From Caecitellus pseudoparvulus (taxonomy: Eukaryota; Protista; Bigyra: Bicosoecida): 64,000 nucleotides of DNA. Positions 34,801 to 49,800 of the stretch are shown in pieces. The position numbers were made by a program, and so were the translations under genes. Under the pieces are notes generated by a model, which saw nothing but the letters and a program-made list of their open reading frames with translations, had not been told where the DNA came from and searched no databases. The DNA lies in NCBI GenBank assembly GCA_965644315.1, contig CBFFRQ010000031.1, positions 558,001 to 622,000 on the forward strand, given 5' to 3'. Each line of letters opens with the position of its first letter. The first letter of the stretch is position 1.

Positions 34801-37800
34801 TGGACGGCATATGGGCCTGCAGAGAAGACTTGCTTTTTCGAATAGTTGCCTAGGAATCTGTGCTCTAAAATTTCCAGTGTCAACTCGCTTGAGGCTACGA
34901 GGGGGCTGATGAGCACCCGGAAGGTTGGTGCACCGCGGTAGAATGAGCATGAAAACCGCATCGTTTGGCCTCGTACAGCGTCAAAAGGAAGCAAGGCACG
35001 CTGCAGTACCCGAAAAGTACCTGTACTTGCACATGCGGCGGCCATTGAGCTGAATGTGTGGTTTGCGCTCCACGCAGGTCCTGCAGGGTGGCGCTGGGTC
35101 AGATGCAGAGTGACAGGCCCGTCTGCAAGCCGCGGCCCGGGCAGAGTAGATACCGGGCCACAGCTGCCCCCACTGGAAGTAAGCCTGCTGCAATTCATCT
35201 TGATGGCTGTGTACAGTGAGGTCTGCGTGCGACGCACTGCTGGGGCTGAGACGTTGTAAAAGTACTCTTTCGCTCCCCGCTCTGAGGCGCGCTCCTGCAC
35301 AAACACTGTTGCCCCGGTGAAGCACGCGCGATCTTGGGAGCGTAGCAATTGAAGGAGGTACTGCGCATCTTCCAAGCCATGGGTTCCACGGATCTCAACA
35401 GCGAGATCAGAGGCGACAGGAGCACCGTGCTCAGCACAAAATGTTTCCTCTGCTTCGAGATGAGCGGTCCAGGCTTCGTCAGCGCAGCCTCCACCAGCGG
35501 CTCGCTCTGCCACCCAAACCTGCACACTAGAGCCCTGAATGTTGTTGAAGCTGGTGCCGATCTCTAATGGTGGTGGCGTGTGGGCTTTGAGGGCAGTGAT
35601 GTTCCACACGATCCTGAGTGGAGTCTCGAAGCTTACTTCGCGCTGGACAGACACTGCACAGCCGTACAACTCTTGACAGGCCCGCCTCATTTCATGACTG
35701 GATGCGTTCCACGAGACATTGCGCTCTTCCTGTCCAAGGCGCAGCGAGATGTTTCCCCCATGTATGGATTGGCTGTCGTTTGCGGTGAGGTGGAGCCGTG
35801 CGTTCGGAAACGTGCAACTGGGAGCCGACACTTGAAAAGCCCAAGAGGTACTGTGAGAAGGAGGAGACTGCAACGTGTACTCTGCCCTCAAGGGCAATGC
35901 TGTCCCCAGTGAGCCACTGCGGTTGAGTTGCAAGCTTGCAAAGGTGCCTTCCAACCCTGCTATGCCCAAGGTGTCCACAGTGCCGTCCCACCGCGGAAGG
36001 TGCACAACATGGAAAGTCAGCAGAGAGAGGCCATTTAATCCTTCATGCGCACCAAGCTGCACACTTGATATTCCTTCGCTCTCCAGGAGTGCGGCTGAGA
36101 GCTTTGGCCACGCATCAGAACAGCTGGAGCAAAGGGATACGGACGTAGATCGCCCACCCGCGCTCACAGACAGCTGGCTCTCCTCAGCTTCAAGCAGCGC
36201 TAGGGAGTAGACCCAGGTTTTCAGAGAAGATCCTGAAATCGTAGCGTGGGTGACTTCTTCAAGGGTCTCTCCCGTAGGAAGGTCTGGGACGTGACAAGTA
36301 ACTTGTCGATCTGACACCCAACTAGCAGGCGTTTCAAGGTTGAAACCACTTGACACCAGAGAGCAGCCAAGGCTTTCTGACTTGTGGAAGGGCCCCCCGC
36401 TGACAGTAATGTCTGATGCTTTACTATCAGTAAGGATTTGAGGGCTCAAGTGTGTAACCCTCGCTGGTGCGTGCCACATCAACTGCACTGGGTTTGACTC
36501 GGAGCCAGCCCCGAGGGTCCGGACGCGAACTTCAAATCTCTTGCGATGTAGCTCCTCTCCCCAGGCTTGCACTGTAGAGTTACCGTCAATGACACATTCA
36601 AGCGAGTAAGGACCTTGAAGGCTTGCAGCTACTTCCAAACTGTAGCTCGCCCCGCCGGCAGTGCTCCCCGTGAAAACGCATTCATACTGCCTGCGTGGGC
36701 TCAGCGCAGAAGTTGCGAGGGCAAGCCTCGTCTCACAGCGAGTATGCACTACCGTGGGGGAAACGCTTGCCAAGGTAAGACTTGGCAGCACTTGTAGAGT
36801 CTGCTCTGCCTGAACTCGCATGTGTCCATTGGACGGGGGCACTCTCAGTAGAAGCACTATTTGCACGCTGTGCGGTGTGGTGGAAACCGAGGCAGCGTTG
36901 AGGTAGCACGTGGCAGCGCTGGCGTTGATCCAAGTTGCTGGGGAGTAGGACTCATTGAATAGGCAAACTACCTCGGATGGCATTGGCGCATGGGTGTCAA
37001 GCTGAATGGTGATGGGTGAATGGTCGTTGGTGTGAATGGACGGCGGCCAGAAGGAGCTGATACTGGGGCGGGGAACAACAACGAATCGAAGATTCTCGTT
37101 GGTCTTGAAGGGGCCACTTCCATCAGATGAAACTTCAATCGTACAGCAGCTGTGCCGTGGCAAGTTTGAGACACGAACCCCGGGAGGTGAAATGCGGCTT
37201 GCGTCCACGGCAACATCAGGCTGCCAAGGGCCGCTCGAAGCATGAGAGCCGGTTTGGCTGAACTGAAAGATAAGCTTGCTCAGAGTTTGGTCTTGAACCA
37301 TGTTTAACTTCACCAACCCTTCAGGTGACAGCCTGTGTGCTGCTTGTAGCAGATCCTCAGGTTGGACCTTGCCGTTCTTGAGCTGAAGTTGCTGGGGCCC
37401 GCTTCCATCTATACTAATGAACAGCACACCTGAGGGAGCGCTTCGACCCTTCTGCAAGGTGCGACATTGTACATAAGCCGGGGACCCACCAGCGTTGAAG
37501 TACTGACCCCGCATTGTTGGCACGACGCCGAGGCTTGGGGCAAGGACAACTTCGAATGCGACTCTTGCTGATGACTTGGCAACTTGCCTCACGGAAACAG
37601 AGCCTTCTGTGTCACTAAAGAGGTCCATGATGGCCCCTCGAACTTTGTGAGCTGGTGCATCAACGGATAGCAGCGGCGACGTCGCCTCCCCAACCTCCAG
37701 CCTCCAAGCTCCAATTAACAGCGATGCCACTTGGATCGGAGCCACAGTCAACGCGGCAGCATATTTGAATCGCGTCGATTCAAAGTCTGCACTGATCCAT

Positions 37801-40800
37801 GCCTGCCCGAAAAGCGGGTTGATCACCGCCCCCACACTTTGCTGCGCTGAATCTGGCTGGAGGAATGTGACATCCCATGTTGCAGACAGCAGAGCTACGT
37901 GCTTCCTTACTCTCACGGGCCCGACACCCTGCAAGCCCATGAGCTCTTGCTCAATGTCAAAGCTGCTGCTCAACGGGGACAGTGCGCGTGTGGTGTAATC
38001 CCCTACCGTGACCTGGAAGCGAAGGTCAGTCATTTCTGGGGAAGTTGGCTCCTGCACAGTGCTTATAATGACCGAAGCGTCAGCAGATGATGCAGTGAGC
38101 AAGTTTGCCATCTCGCACGCCAGTGACGGGCTGGTGCCAACGCTGCCAAAGAAAGTCACGAAGTATGTGGGGCCATTTGAAGGGGTGTAGGCTCCTTGTG
38201 TTACTTGAACGAGCTGTAGCCCTGGGATTTGCCTCAGCGCTGACTGCAAAGAGTCTGCCTGTAGTGGGAGAGTCAAGTTCTGCGAGGAAGTCCCACCCCA
38301 TCGCAGAGAGAAGGCCCCCCCCAAAATAGTAGAATTCGCTTGAAGGGCGATTCGTTGAACCTTGGGGAGGACACCTTTCCGCACCAGCTGCCCCCGGATG
38401 GGGAGAGGTTGAGCACCGCATGCCGTTCCTGTGATGCTCTGCACAACCAGGCGAGCGTCAACAAGGAGCCTTGACTGCCACGTAAACGGCCACGAACTGA
38501 CACTGTGGGTTACTTTGACAAGGTCGCTCTGCATCTCTCCGTGAATGAGTGCTTGCAGTGCCCTCGCAGTCGCACTCGTGTGCGTGCGTATGGAGACCAC
38601 CATTGGGTTGGGCGTGGGCACCCCATGCAGACCGATGCGATTGGCAAATGTGATGTTGAGATACAATGGACAGGATTTGTTTGTCGCATGGCTTATCTCA
38701 CCGGGCGAGGACAAGACTGCAACGTCAGCGAACAGCTCCCAATCTCCCTGCGACATGCCCGCTGAAGTCTCAACTCTTGCTGTCATGTTCGATGCCGCAG
38801 GCCCACTAAACAAGACAACATACTCAAGCACTCGTGCGTTCTCAGTCTTTACTTCAATAGGGGCTTCATGCTTTGCAGATTCACTGGGAAGTGCCTTAAT
38901 GTCCACGGAAGCGTGTTCAACTCCCGGGACCCCAAGCAAAGCGTCACGAACAGCTTCAGGACTTGCTCCAACAGGAAAAGCTGCAGAGGACTTGCCACCC
39001 AATCTGAAAGCTAAAGATCCCCGAAGTGGGGTCAGTCCTTCCTTCCCGATCCGGGTTACCTTCAGGTTGCGCTCGCCGGATGGTGTTGCAAGTGACACCC
39101 TCAGCGGCGGAAATCCAGAATATCCTTGCAACCATACTTGGCCGGGTGTATGCTCAATGTACCGAACGGTGACGGAAGTATTGTACCCTTCCCCTCCTTC
39201 AGTGCGCTGCAACGACACAATGACGTTATTCAAGCCCTCTAGGCTGAGCAGGCTGCCTTGCAGTGCGCTTGCAGACAAAGGCGGGGGAATGTGAAGCAGC
39301 TCCGCCCCTCCCAAGGCAAGTTTCAGCCCGTAATTGGGTTCGCTTCGTGGCTGCACGAACAAGAAGATGTCTTTCGGTATTTGGGTTCCTTGCTGAACAG
39401 TGCGGACCATGGACTTGGCCTGCAGGGCAGTGCCTATAGCACCAGGGTCAATGTGGAGCTGAATCTGAGGCACGTCACCATCAAATTCAGAAAACCGGAC
39501 GAGGTACCTAAAGCCAGCCGCAGGAGCGTTTGGATTAAGGTGCTTCTGCACTTCGATTTGTTGCAGGCCAAGGGATGAGTTGCGAAGCAGCTGGCAAACC
39601 GCTGAGCGCATTGTTGGCAACGAAACGTCTGCATCGCACTTCTCCGTCCAAAGGTGAGCAGTGCCATTCCCTTCCACAGCAGCCACCGGAATCGGCTCTT
39701 CATCTAAAGGGAGCCTCATAGAAGTACCCTGGAATGAGAGGGTCACGGTTCCCCGCATTTTCTCTGCAGAACCACGGCTGTTGATGGAGGTGGACACAAC
39801 GCTGCTGATTGCTCCGCTTGGCAGCAATGCTGAGCAATCTAGCAGCCCAACACCATAGAGAACAGAAGAGGTATGGTTCCTCCACACACCCCCTGTGAAT
39901 GCTACTCTGTATGTCACGATATTGCTGCCAGGGCCACTGAATCGCAACACCGTCGGCCTGCCGACTTGCCAGAGTGCGAGTGAGAAGGCTGCCTCCACTT
40001 CCTCCCCGGTGAACGATGACGTGAAGTTCACTTTGCCCAGATTCTCCAACGAGCATGAAAGCGGGATGGGTTGCCCTTGTACTTCACGGATGACGATGTC
40101 TTGAGAATCAGCTGGCACAGTCTGGCTCAGCAGCTCTGTCGTGACACTGCTGGCATTTGTTGACAGGACTGTGGCCTGCACTGGGGAGAGCCCATGGAAC
40201 ACCTGAGAGAAATCCACCAAATACTCAGCGTAAAGAAGATCGGCGCTTGTTCGTTGCACCTTTTGCTTCACGGATAGAAGGCCTGGGTCCTTCAGCAGTG
40301 CTGAAAGTGCCTTCCTGAGGGTGGATGGCGAGAGACTGCGAAGGAGCAAACACTCGCTGCTGGACGAGCCGGAAGCGAAGTACACACAGCCTTGAGAGAA
40401 CCACAAGTCTGAAACATGGACAGAGACGGAAATCAAGAGCTGCGCTGACTGGAAGGCAGCAGAGGAAACTATCAGCTCTTGCACCTCTGGCTGTCGACGT
40501 TTACCAACGCGAACACGAATAGTTGACGCGTTCGCGTGGAACGCGGAGGCATTCAGCGCGTCGAGCTCCCACACCGCGGCTCTTGTGTCAAACCACTCGA
40601 GATGCAAGCGACGTACATCTTGCGCGCCTGCTTGGGGAGCAGACACTTCGACGTGCTGGACAGTTGGCCGCTGTGGACTCTGTGCAATGCTGACCTCCCT
40701 CTCCACGAGTGTTGGGCTCTGAGGCGGCAGCACACAGTTCAGTCTGCCCCCTTCAGCCATGGTAGATTCTAAGATGTGGCCGTTGAAGCGGCAGGTAGGG

Positions 40801-43800
40801 TTTGATCCACTGGTCCAGTTCCCAAGAATGCTAAGCTCAGTTTCCGTGTCGCTCAAGATTCGCCTAGGTGAGAGGTTACGGGGAAGACCAACGACTGCCA
40901 CCGAAACGCCCAAGGAAGCAAACTCTGGAGACCACAGTGTACCATCTTCCGACACGTCCACGAGGAGCATGCCCTCGAAGCCAGGGGGGATGGAGCAATT
41001 GCAGTGGATAGCGTGACCATCACTTGCAACTCCCCTGCTCACTTGCTGCTGATGTGGGGAGCGGAATCGACACCAAGCTTCGGCTGTGGAAAGGTGGGAT
41101 ACCTTGATTTCGAAGCGATGTTCTCCCCCCGGCTCCACCAGCTGAGGTAGAACTGTCAGAGGTAAGGGCACAGGGCTCACCTCCACGCGCATAGCGTGTG
41201 GCATGTCAGGGTCGCTTGAGTAGTGAACCTCCGGCTGCGGCAACAGCTGTCTGAGTTGCTGGGTCGCGTCCTCTACAGGCACTGCTGAGTGCAAGCGTAG
41301 GCCAGCTGCTCCAGGGTGAAGGCGGGGATGCTTGCACAAAACAGAAGTGTCGTTGATCACTGTTGCCACTGCCACTTGAGCTGAAGTGCCTTGGTGCCAA
41401 GAACAGAACTCCCATGAATATGCGGAAAACCCGGAGCCAAGGACTATGACTTCTCCTTTGAAGCCAGCTGGAAATTTTGAGGGACTCATAGATGCCACGA
41501 CTGCCTTTGGCGCAACGGAGAGCCGACCTGCCACCCGAATCCACTCGAGTTGGTTGACGGATACGTCGACTTGAACATAGGCAATATCACCTTCATGCTG
41601 GACGCGGGCCAATCCCAACTGCGTCAAGGCTACTCGCTCTAGGTTCGGCACTTCACAAGACAGATGGTCTTGTGCGATATCCGCTGGAACTACTTCAGTC
41701 CCAGCAAACCTGCAGAAAGCCTGGAACCCTTGCAGCAGCTGTGTAGCGTTGGAAGAGATTCGAAGGAGATGCCCACCAAACTTCGACACAGTGGGGCTTT
41801 GCATGTCAAAGTGCCTGAGAGAAGGAGCATACACGACCCGCCCAACACGAACAGGGTCTGCCCCCAAGCTCCCTTGGGAAGTCAAGAATACATCCACCTT
41901 GCACAGCCCCCGCGCCACCCCCCCTTCCTCCCGTACAGAACTGGCATTTCCAAACGATGCGCTTGGAAGGATGCACTTGTACCTATTCTCCCCAACGTGC
42001 TTGACTTCCGGGTGCTCGGGGACGGCAAGGGAACATGGAGGGGACGTTGTGGCCCTGCAGAAGAAGTCAGAGTGTCCTCCCAGCCCTTGTGCTTCAAAGG
42101 TGAGCTCAACGGGAAAAGCGCCAACAGCAAACAATGGTCGAGCCGCAGTGACAGTGGGATGCCACAAAAACTCAATGGTTGTTTGGTTGGGATCTCCATG
42201 AAACACCTGCCGCGACTGCTCGAACCCAGAAGCCGCAAGGTCGCCATGCAGCCTGACCCCGACACGCAGGTGGGCATCCGCTTCGAGCCAACTTGGAGTA
42301 TAGCACTGCATGTCAACGTCAGTTTGTCGGACTGCCTGAGCGGCATGCACGATGTCACCTTCCCTGGTTGTGAAGACGCACTGCAAGTGGGCCCCTGCCA
42401 AGTTCCGACCACGCAGGTGCACCAGCTCCCCCCCTCCCCGGGAGACAGTCTTGGGAGTTACAGTGACTACGGAAGGTACCGGTGCTATGCAGAGCCGAAT
42501 CCCGGTGATTCGTTGGCGCGTAGAGCTCGACAAAACTTCGAGAATAGCTTCTGAGTGCCACAGTGGCAGGCCGGGCACTTCGCAGCTGACGAATGGGAAG
42601 TCCGCCTTCCCGGGAGAAGCATGCTGAAGTGCCGATAATTGACAGACCACCGTCTCTTCTCGACTCCAAAGCGATTCGTCCGGGACGCGCAGGCGCACTG
42701 TACTTGCCTGAGACTCGACAATACAAGTTTGGGCTGCCGAGCTGTTCACTCCTTTCTCCTCAACAGCGAGGGCAAAGTGGAGCTTTGGCTCTTCCCGCAT
42801 CGTGAGTGACGCTCCAACTCGTACAAGCCCAGATGCTGGGCATGGTTGCAAGGCTGGCACAGTGAAGATGCTGACCATTCCTTGCACTTCGCTCTGGAGC
42901 CAGAGAGGGCGTTCTTGGCCAGTGTCCCCGTTTGTTGGGAGCACATGGATCCACATCGAGGAGCTCGGAGAAGAAACCTCCCTCTCGAGGTTGACTTGAA
43001 GTCGAGTTTCATGAATGCAGCTCAGAGCTCGGGGCCATATCCCTGTCACATGAATGTCTGCGTGGTAGAGGTATGCAGCCCCTGCGACGAAGCTGTCTCC
43101 GTGGTCGAGTGTCGGTTCAAACTGAATGCGAAGATCCACACTCCCGGGCCTTGCAGCAGGAGGGGCCACACACTCTACGGCATGGCGCTGATTAACAATC
43201 TTCAAGTACCCAGGACTCTTCCTATCCCCAAACCAACAAGAGATGGACCCTCTTCCAGACTGAAAGTGCCCACTGGCAAACACAAGCACACGATTTCCGC
43301 CTAAAATGCTACCCGATCGGGGTAGAACTGACCAAATTGTACTCTCTGAAACGACAATAAGCTTGGCGCTGTCTGTGGGTGACGAAAACTGTTTTCCGTT
43401 GATGCTGATACCCACGGCCGCCGTTGCCGGGCGTGTGACGAGCACATCACAGTACAGGTGGTTGTCAGAGAGGACACGGGCGGGGCTGGGGCTATGGCTA
43501 CCAATCTTACAAACTGCAGCGTCTGTGCTGAAGAAGTTAGAGCCATAGATGTGCAAGCGTGTCTTCACGCCAACTCGAATTACTCGAGGCTCAAATGAGC
43601 TCACGGTGGGCGCAGGGAGCCAAAGAAGAGGCACTGCCGTTGCTCTTGCGCGCGACAACCTCGTTCCAAGCATGAGCTCGTCGGAGATAGGCGCAGGTTT
43701 CGAAGGGGCTCCGGAGCTTGGTGTGCAGTACTGAACATCGCACTCCACCAACCCGTTTCGGACCTTATGTGCTGCAGTGCCATTGTCACACCTTGTAGTC

Positions 43801-46800
43801 CAGCAATAAACAGTGTCGAAGGACTTGTCCAGCAGCAAAGAAACCCTGAAGCCGCCTAGGCCATGACTGTATGCTGGAGATACTTCGAGAATGGTTGGTG
43901 TCGGGACCACCGTAAGCGGCAGCGGGGCAGAGACTTGTGGCCCACCCAGTGCTCGCAACGAAAGTGTTGCCATGCCCTCAAACAAAGGAGGGTGCGGGCA
44001 TGTCACCGCGGCAGGTGTCCCCCGCTCCCGGGACTCTAGCATCTGGGGCCCCTCACTGCCCCAACCCACTTCGAACTGTTGAAGGGCTGTTCGAGCTCGA
44101 GCTCCAGCCTGCTCAAATTCACATTCTGCGGACTGCGCATCAGTAGCAAGGATGCCCCTGATTTCCAGCAACCCCGGTACGCCAGCGAGCACCACGGGGT
44201 CTACAACTTGGGCATCTCTTGAGCGCTCTCCATTGAGCACTTTGACAGATGCCTGAGTCTGAAAAAAACCAAAGGACACGATAGACACGTCAACGGACAG
44301 CCTAGATGGCAGTGCGGCAGACGGCACGTCGCAGGCTGCCTCAACCTCGGACAGAACACGAGCCTCAAACATGCCAACTTCAAGGATTTCGCAATGTGAT
44401 ACTTGTTGTCCGAAATGTGTCCCTTGGATGAGGACCTCAGCTACCTCGCTCCCGTTCTGATAAGCTAGGGATGCCATGTTCAAGTGTGGGGCAGCAGCGA
44501 GAGGCAGCTGCCACATATCGCTAACTGCCCGGCCACTTTCCTGCAGGAAAAGAAGGGCGCTGCCGTCAGAGACATGCCGAAGGGGGGGGATTTGACACGA
44601 GAAAGTTCGACCGTGGACAAGATGGGCAGGGGTCGACACCATCCCTGTCGAGTGCCGGACAGAGCAAGCCAGCGCAGCTGGGTCATGCTCCATGCTCGAG
44701 TCAATGTCAACATTGAGCATGACTGGCGCGTGCAGAAGAAGTCCAGGTGGAAAAACAGATACGATGCTCACTTTGCGAAGCACAGAGATTCTTGACTGGC
44801 CCAAATATCCGAGACTTTGCTTGAGAGGGCTGGTTGTTCGCGCACGCACAGTGAGGTAAGGGGGCTGCACAAACGCTGCTGGGATGTCGCAACTCTGTTC
44901 TTCAGCGCCGTGACGGACAGCTGCTACAGTGAGAGCAACTTGGTTGTCCAAGAGGACTTCACACACCAACTCTTCCTGTTGCCCCGACACATTTTGCGCC
45001 AGGGCCAGGAGTGCTGGTTCGTTCTGCACAAGCGGTTCTCGTTGTGGGACGAATGAGAGAATCGACCTTGAAGAAGAGATTGTCATGTTCATCGCCTGAA
45101 ACACCCGCCCATCAAGAGAGAGAGCAACCTGTGCATGGTTCAGCCCGCTCAGCCGAGAAGAAAACGAGCATGTCCACGCTGCCCTGCCCCTCCGAGATCC
45201 GCAAGCATGAGATTGGTCACTGCCAATGCGGAGTATCGGTGGAAGGGCATAAGGCCAGTCAAGCCCGGACACTTCTACCTCCGTATCAGCATGCGTGCTG
45301 TCAAGTACGGTGACTGACATGCTTTTCACTATTGCTGCAAGGTCCAGGACATGCAATGAAACTGAGTTGTGAGCCCAGTGGCGTCGTTCTGTGCCCACTG
45401 CTGTATACAATTCGAGATGCCACAGGCCAGGAACAGAAAGCCGCGTACGACAAGCGAAAGCGCCGTCTTGGTTCTCCGCGGGGGTCATGTGGTGTAGTGA
45501 AGAGTTAGAAGTGTGGGTGAGTGAGCACATGTAGGTGCCGTCATCTGCCGAGGAACAGCCTTGGTATCCAATCACCACCTCGGTGCTGGCAGATGCCAGA
45601 AGCACCCGGGGCCTCACATCGGCAATCAAGCACGATTTAGCTGCTTCTTCTTTCAGCTGAAGTCTGAGTAGAGTTTGATCGCGAAACAACAATTCAATCT
45701 GCACATCGTTCCTGATGGCTGTTGGGGGAATGCAGAGGGCTTCACCAGCGTCCTCCTGCGCTGCTAGAGTGACCCAGGAGCCACCTTGGGCTGCGATCCA
45801 AGAGCACTGCAGCGCATCTAGTGCTTGAAGTGGTACCACATCTGAAGAGAGGAGGATACGGAATGGGCTGGAGTGCGTCCACGTGGACGACGTGGCCCAA
45901 GCACATGGAGACTGCAAGGCTATCACTTGGACTGCTTGCCCGCCCCCTATTTTCATGTTGTCCTGGTACACGCTCAATGGAACAACACGCACCCCTTTTG
46001 CTTGCAACAATGTGTGCTGCTGAGGTGTGAGCGCTGGGCACACCACAGCTTGTGAATGCACCAACGCAGCAGGGACCCGAGGGAAGTGGCCGACGCGACA
46101 CCAGACCCGCCAAAGCGGGTTAAAACCTGACCCCCGAAGCAAGTAAGGATCTGACCAGTTCCTACTTGCAAGGAAAACTTGTGCGGGCTCGAGCTTTGGC
46201 TGGCTACCGACATCCACGAAACCAGTGGCTAGTCTGGTCCCTTTCTGTGAGACGATGGAGACCCTGACGTTGGCTACCTGCAAGGACTCTGACGGCACTA
46301 GCGGGGGACACCTGCACGAAATGTGGGAGGTGTTCGTGAGCAAGATGCAATCACTGCTCTGATTCCCCCAGTCGTATTGGCACGAGGCCATGGTGTCCTC
46401 GCCAGCTTCCCACTTCTCGCTTGGTGCAACCCTAACAGTCCACTCGCGCTCGGGCAGCACGACAGTAGGTGACCAAGCCACCTCCTTCGGAACTGATCGA
46501 GATTCAACCACGCGGGCGTCAATGAAGTTGACCCCGTCAAGTGAAGCTTGCAGCTCTCCTCTGGCTTCACTTGTGGCATGCAGCATGCAGTGCATGGTAC
46601 CATTCAAGAACCTCGCATCCCACAAATCATCAAGCCATCGGCATGTTGGCGTGAAGGTGCTGGTTCTGCTCGCCCCAAAATGCATGCTTCTGAGGACTGG
46701 TACAGCCGATAGCTGTCCAAGCATAATGATTGCAGGTGTCTGCGCTGTAGTGTTCCCTCCGGCCAGCACCATGAGCTGAGCAGAGACCGATGAAGACACT

Positions 46801-49800
46801 GCCACTGAGTCCTGACTCGTAATGAAAACTTGCAACTGGCCGAGCGGAACGCTTGGAAAGACACACACGGCTGTTGATGGGCTAAGAGTTTCTAGTCTTG
46901 AAGCAAGGGTGCTAGCGGAGGAGATTGCGACGCAGTGCACTGGCACAAGAGACTCATGAAAGCTCCCGCGCAAGCGTAACTCAATAGGTTTGGTCTCCTG
47001 GGCCCAAAACGCCTGCCCAGGCATCAGAGTTGGCTCATGGAATAATCGGATCTGGTTCTCTCCAGACGTCGCCGTGGCACTCACGCCATCGAACGACACC
47101 TGAAGTTGCTGGGGCATCACAGCAGCAGAAGCGGGTGCACTTCGAGAATCGACTCGGCACACAACTATCACTCCAGTACCCAGGGGTGCTAGCTTGACTG
47201 CTGGAAGAGTTGTGCTCGCAAACGTGCATGTGACGTGGTGCAGGAGATGGTGCTTCATGCCGGGGGCCTGAACTTGAACAGCAATCGCCCCCGCGAAGCC
47301 AACGGGCACCATGCTAGGACGAATGCTGAGGATCTTCGGCTTCTTGTGCACTAGTACCTGGCCGACGTTCCCTAGGTTATGACCGAAGAACACCATAGAC
47401 ACTTTAGCTTGCTGGACTCTGGAAGGAAGAGCGGGAAGCGTGCATGTTGCACTTGAACCAGTCACAGGCACGACGGCAGCGGGCTGTCCGCCTACTTGGC
47501 ACTGAAGCCCAGGAAGTGCCAAGCCAACTCCTTGAAGATTAAGAACGGTTCCTCCCTCTTCAGAGATTGTGCGGGGAAGTGCTTGCTTTACCTTCGGGGC
47601 GTGGTGTACGTTCATGATTATGCTGGCTGGCATGAGGAGTCGCCCAATCCGAACACGCCAGCGTTGCTGGCCCATTCTCAGAGAGGCTGCAGGCGGCACA
47701 ACGCATGAGAAGTGGGAGTTTTTCACGAATCTACATGGAAAGGTTTCACCCTTTGGAGCCCGTAGAGCCACCGGCGCTCCGTATACCACATCGCCCAACG
47801 TGAGTGACACAGTTTGAAACATCGCCGCCACGAGGTCTCTCGGCCAGACACGTTGAACGATGGGAAGCGGTGCAAGAATGAGGTCGCCATGGACCGAAGA
47901 CCAATGAGCTCCATCTCCAACTTCGATGCGAGCTAGATGCAGCTTGTCTGAGTGCAGTGTTGAAGGCACGGAGCACCGTCCCCTTGTTGCCTCCAACACA
48001 GCAAACTGCCCGACTACCTTCTGACCCTGAGGGCCCGTGAATCTGCAGAGAAGACTTGCCGCTTCCCACTGCGGACTCGAATCCAGGTGGATATCGAGGG
48101 CGGCAGCCCCAGTTGTGTACAGCAGTCGGTCCCCACCAAGAGTCAGCTTGCTTGGCGCGATGACCTGTACTTTGCTTCGGCCAGCCCATACGGACCCATT
48201 ATCAGGTTTAAGGAAGACATTCCAATGACCTATATGATGAAACTCACATTCACATGTCTTTGTGTCAAGTTTAGTGCAGCGAATCTCCATGTGTGCGCCA
48301 GATTCGGCGTCTTCGAGCAGACACAGAAGACCTTGCGCGCTGGAGGGTAAACCTTGAGGGCTTGAGAACGATACTCCCTGGCCAGCATGAACTTCTTGAC
48401 TTTTTGGAAGCAGGCTGTGCACTGGCTGCACTGTTATGATTCCAGGAGCTCTGGTGGAGTACCCTGAAGCTTGAACCAGACTCAGGGCGCTCTTCCCAGG
48501 CAGGGCCCGAGCAGCGAGAAAGTGGCACTGGAGCAACCGTTCGGACAATTGAGTGAGGGCATCTGACCATTCGCGACCAATGCGGCAGCGAATTGGACGG
48601 CCACGGGAGAAGTTTTCTCCCTTCACTGTGATTGTGGCAGGCAAGCCCGCTGGGATGACCGCTGGCTGCACACTTTCAATGTGTACGACAGGCGAAACGA
48701 ACAGCTTCTTTGGTGGTCCAAAATTGAAGCCCCCATCGAGAGAAAGGGAAAGGGACACATTTTCCGATGTCGTTGGCATGATGTCGCAGATAAGGCTCCC
48801 CTTTGTCGGAACGACACAAGTGGCTGAAGTCACCTCCGTTCCGCTCATCAGGCGCACTTGCGGGGCAGGTTCAGACACCCAACTCGATTCTTCAAGGAAC
48901 ACCCGAACCTCAGTGCGTACGCCACTGACGAGGCTTTGTGGATGCAGCTTCTGAATGACCCAAGGAAGGGTCACTGCAAGCTCTGGAGCACCTGACAACG
49001 CCACCTGAGACGAGCGCCTTCGAACCTGCAATCTGCCTCCTCTGTGCGATGCCTGCGGAGTCACAAAGCAGATGCCATGCGTGGAATTGGTCCAGACCAA
49101 AGGCAATGCAACGCCTTGAAAGTGGCAATCATGAGTTTCCTCTGCACTTCCTTCAATTTGCAGGTGCACCTGCGACACAACTCCGCTTTGAACTACAGCT
49201 GGCCATGAACGCACAACCCGCGCAGGGTGAAAGAACCCTTCATCAAGGGTTCCAACCCAAACCCTCTGGTCATCACCTGATACAATGAAGACTCTGTGCT
49301 TGTTTTGACTCTCCATTAGCTTCTTTGAAGTGTGTGTGGAGCAGACAGCCAGCCTATTGACCAGCTTCTCGAGGACTCCCACTTGACTGCCCACTGCGCA
49401 CGTGGAAAGCCCAGGCGGTAAAGCCGCTTCGAATTCAAGCTGAAAAGTGACATGTGTAAGAGTAACATCCACAAGGAGCGCTTTCACCATGCTTGGGAGA
49501 CGATGAGTGCGCAGCCGAACAGAGAAGCCGACATGGTTGTCAAGGAGCAAGGCAGCTTCCACAGCTCCAGGGCCCAGGCTCTCTGGAATGATGCAGGAGA
49601 CATGCCCGTGCCCTACAAGAGCTACCGAGTGTGCCTTCGTGCCATTTTGTGCAAACATGCACGAGGCATTCGCTTTTGCGTGAACAGGTCCATCCCAGTG
49701 CACCTGCACCCCTGGAGCGTGGGCGAGGACCGTCGAGCGAACAGACAGCAAGTCAACTGGATGCTGAATATGCACGGGTCGAGAGACCATGACTTGACCG

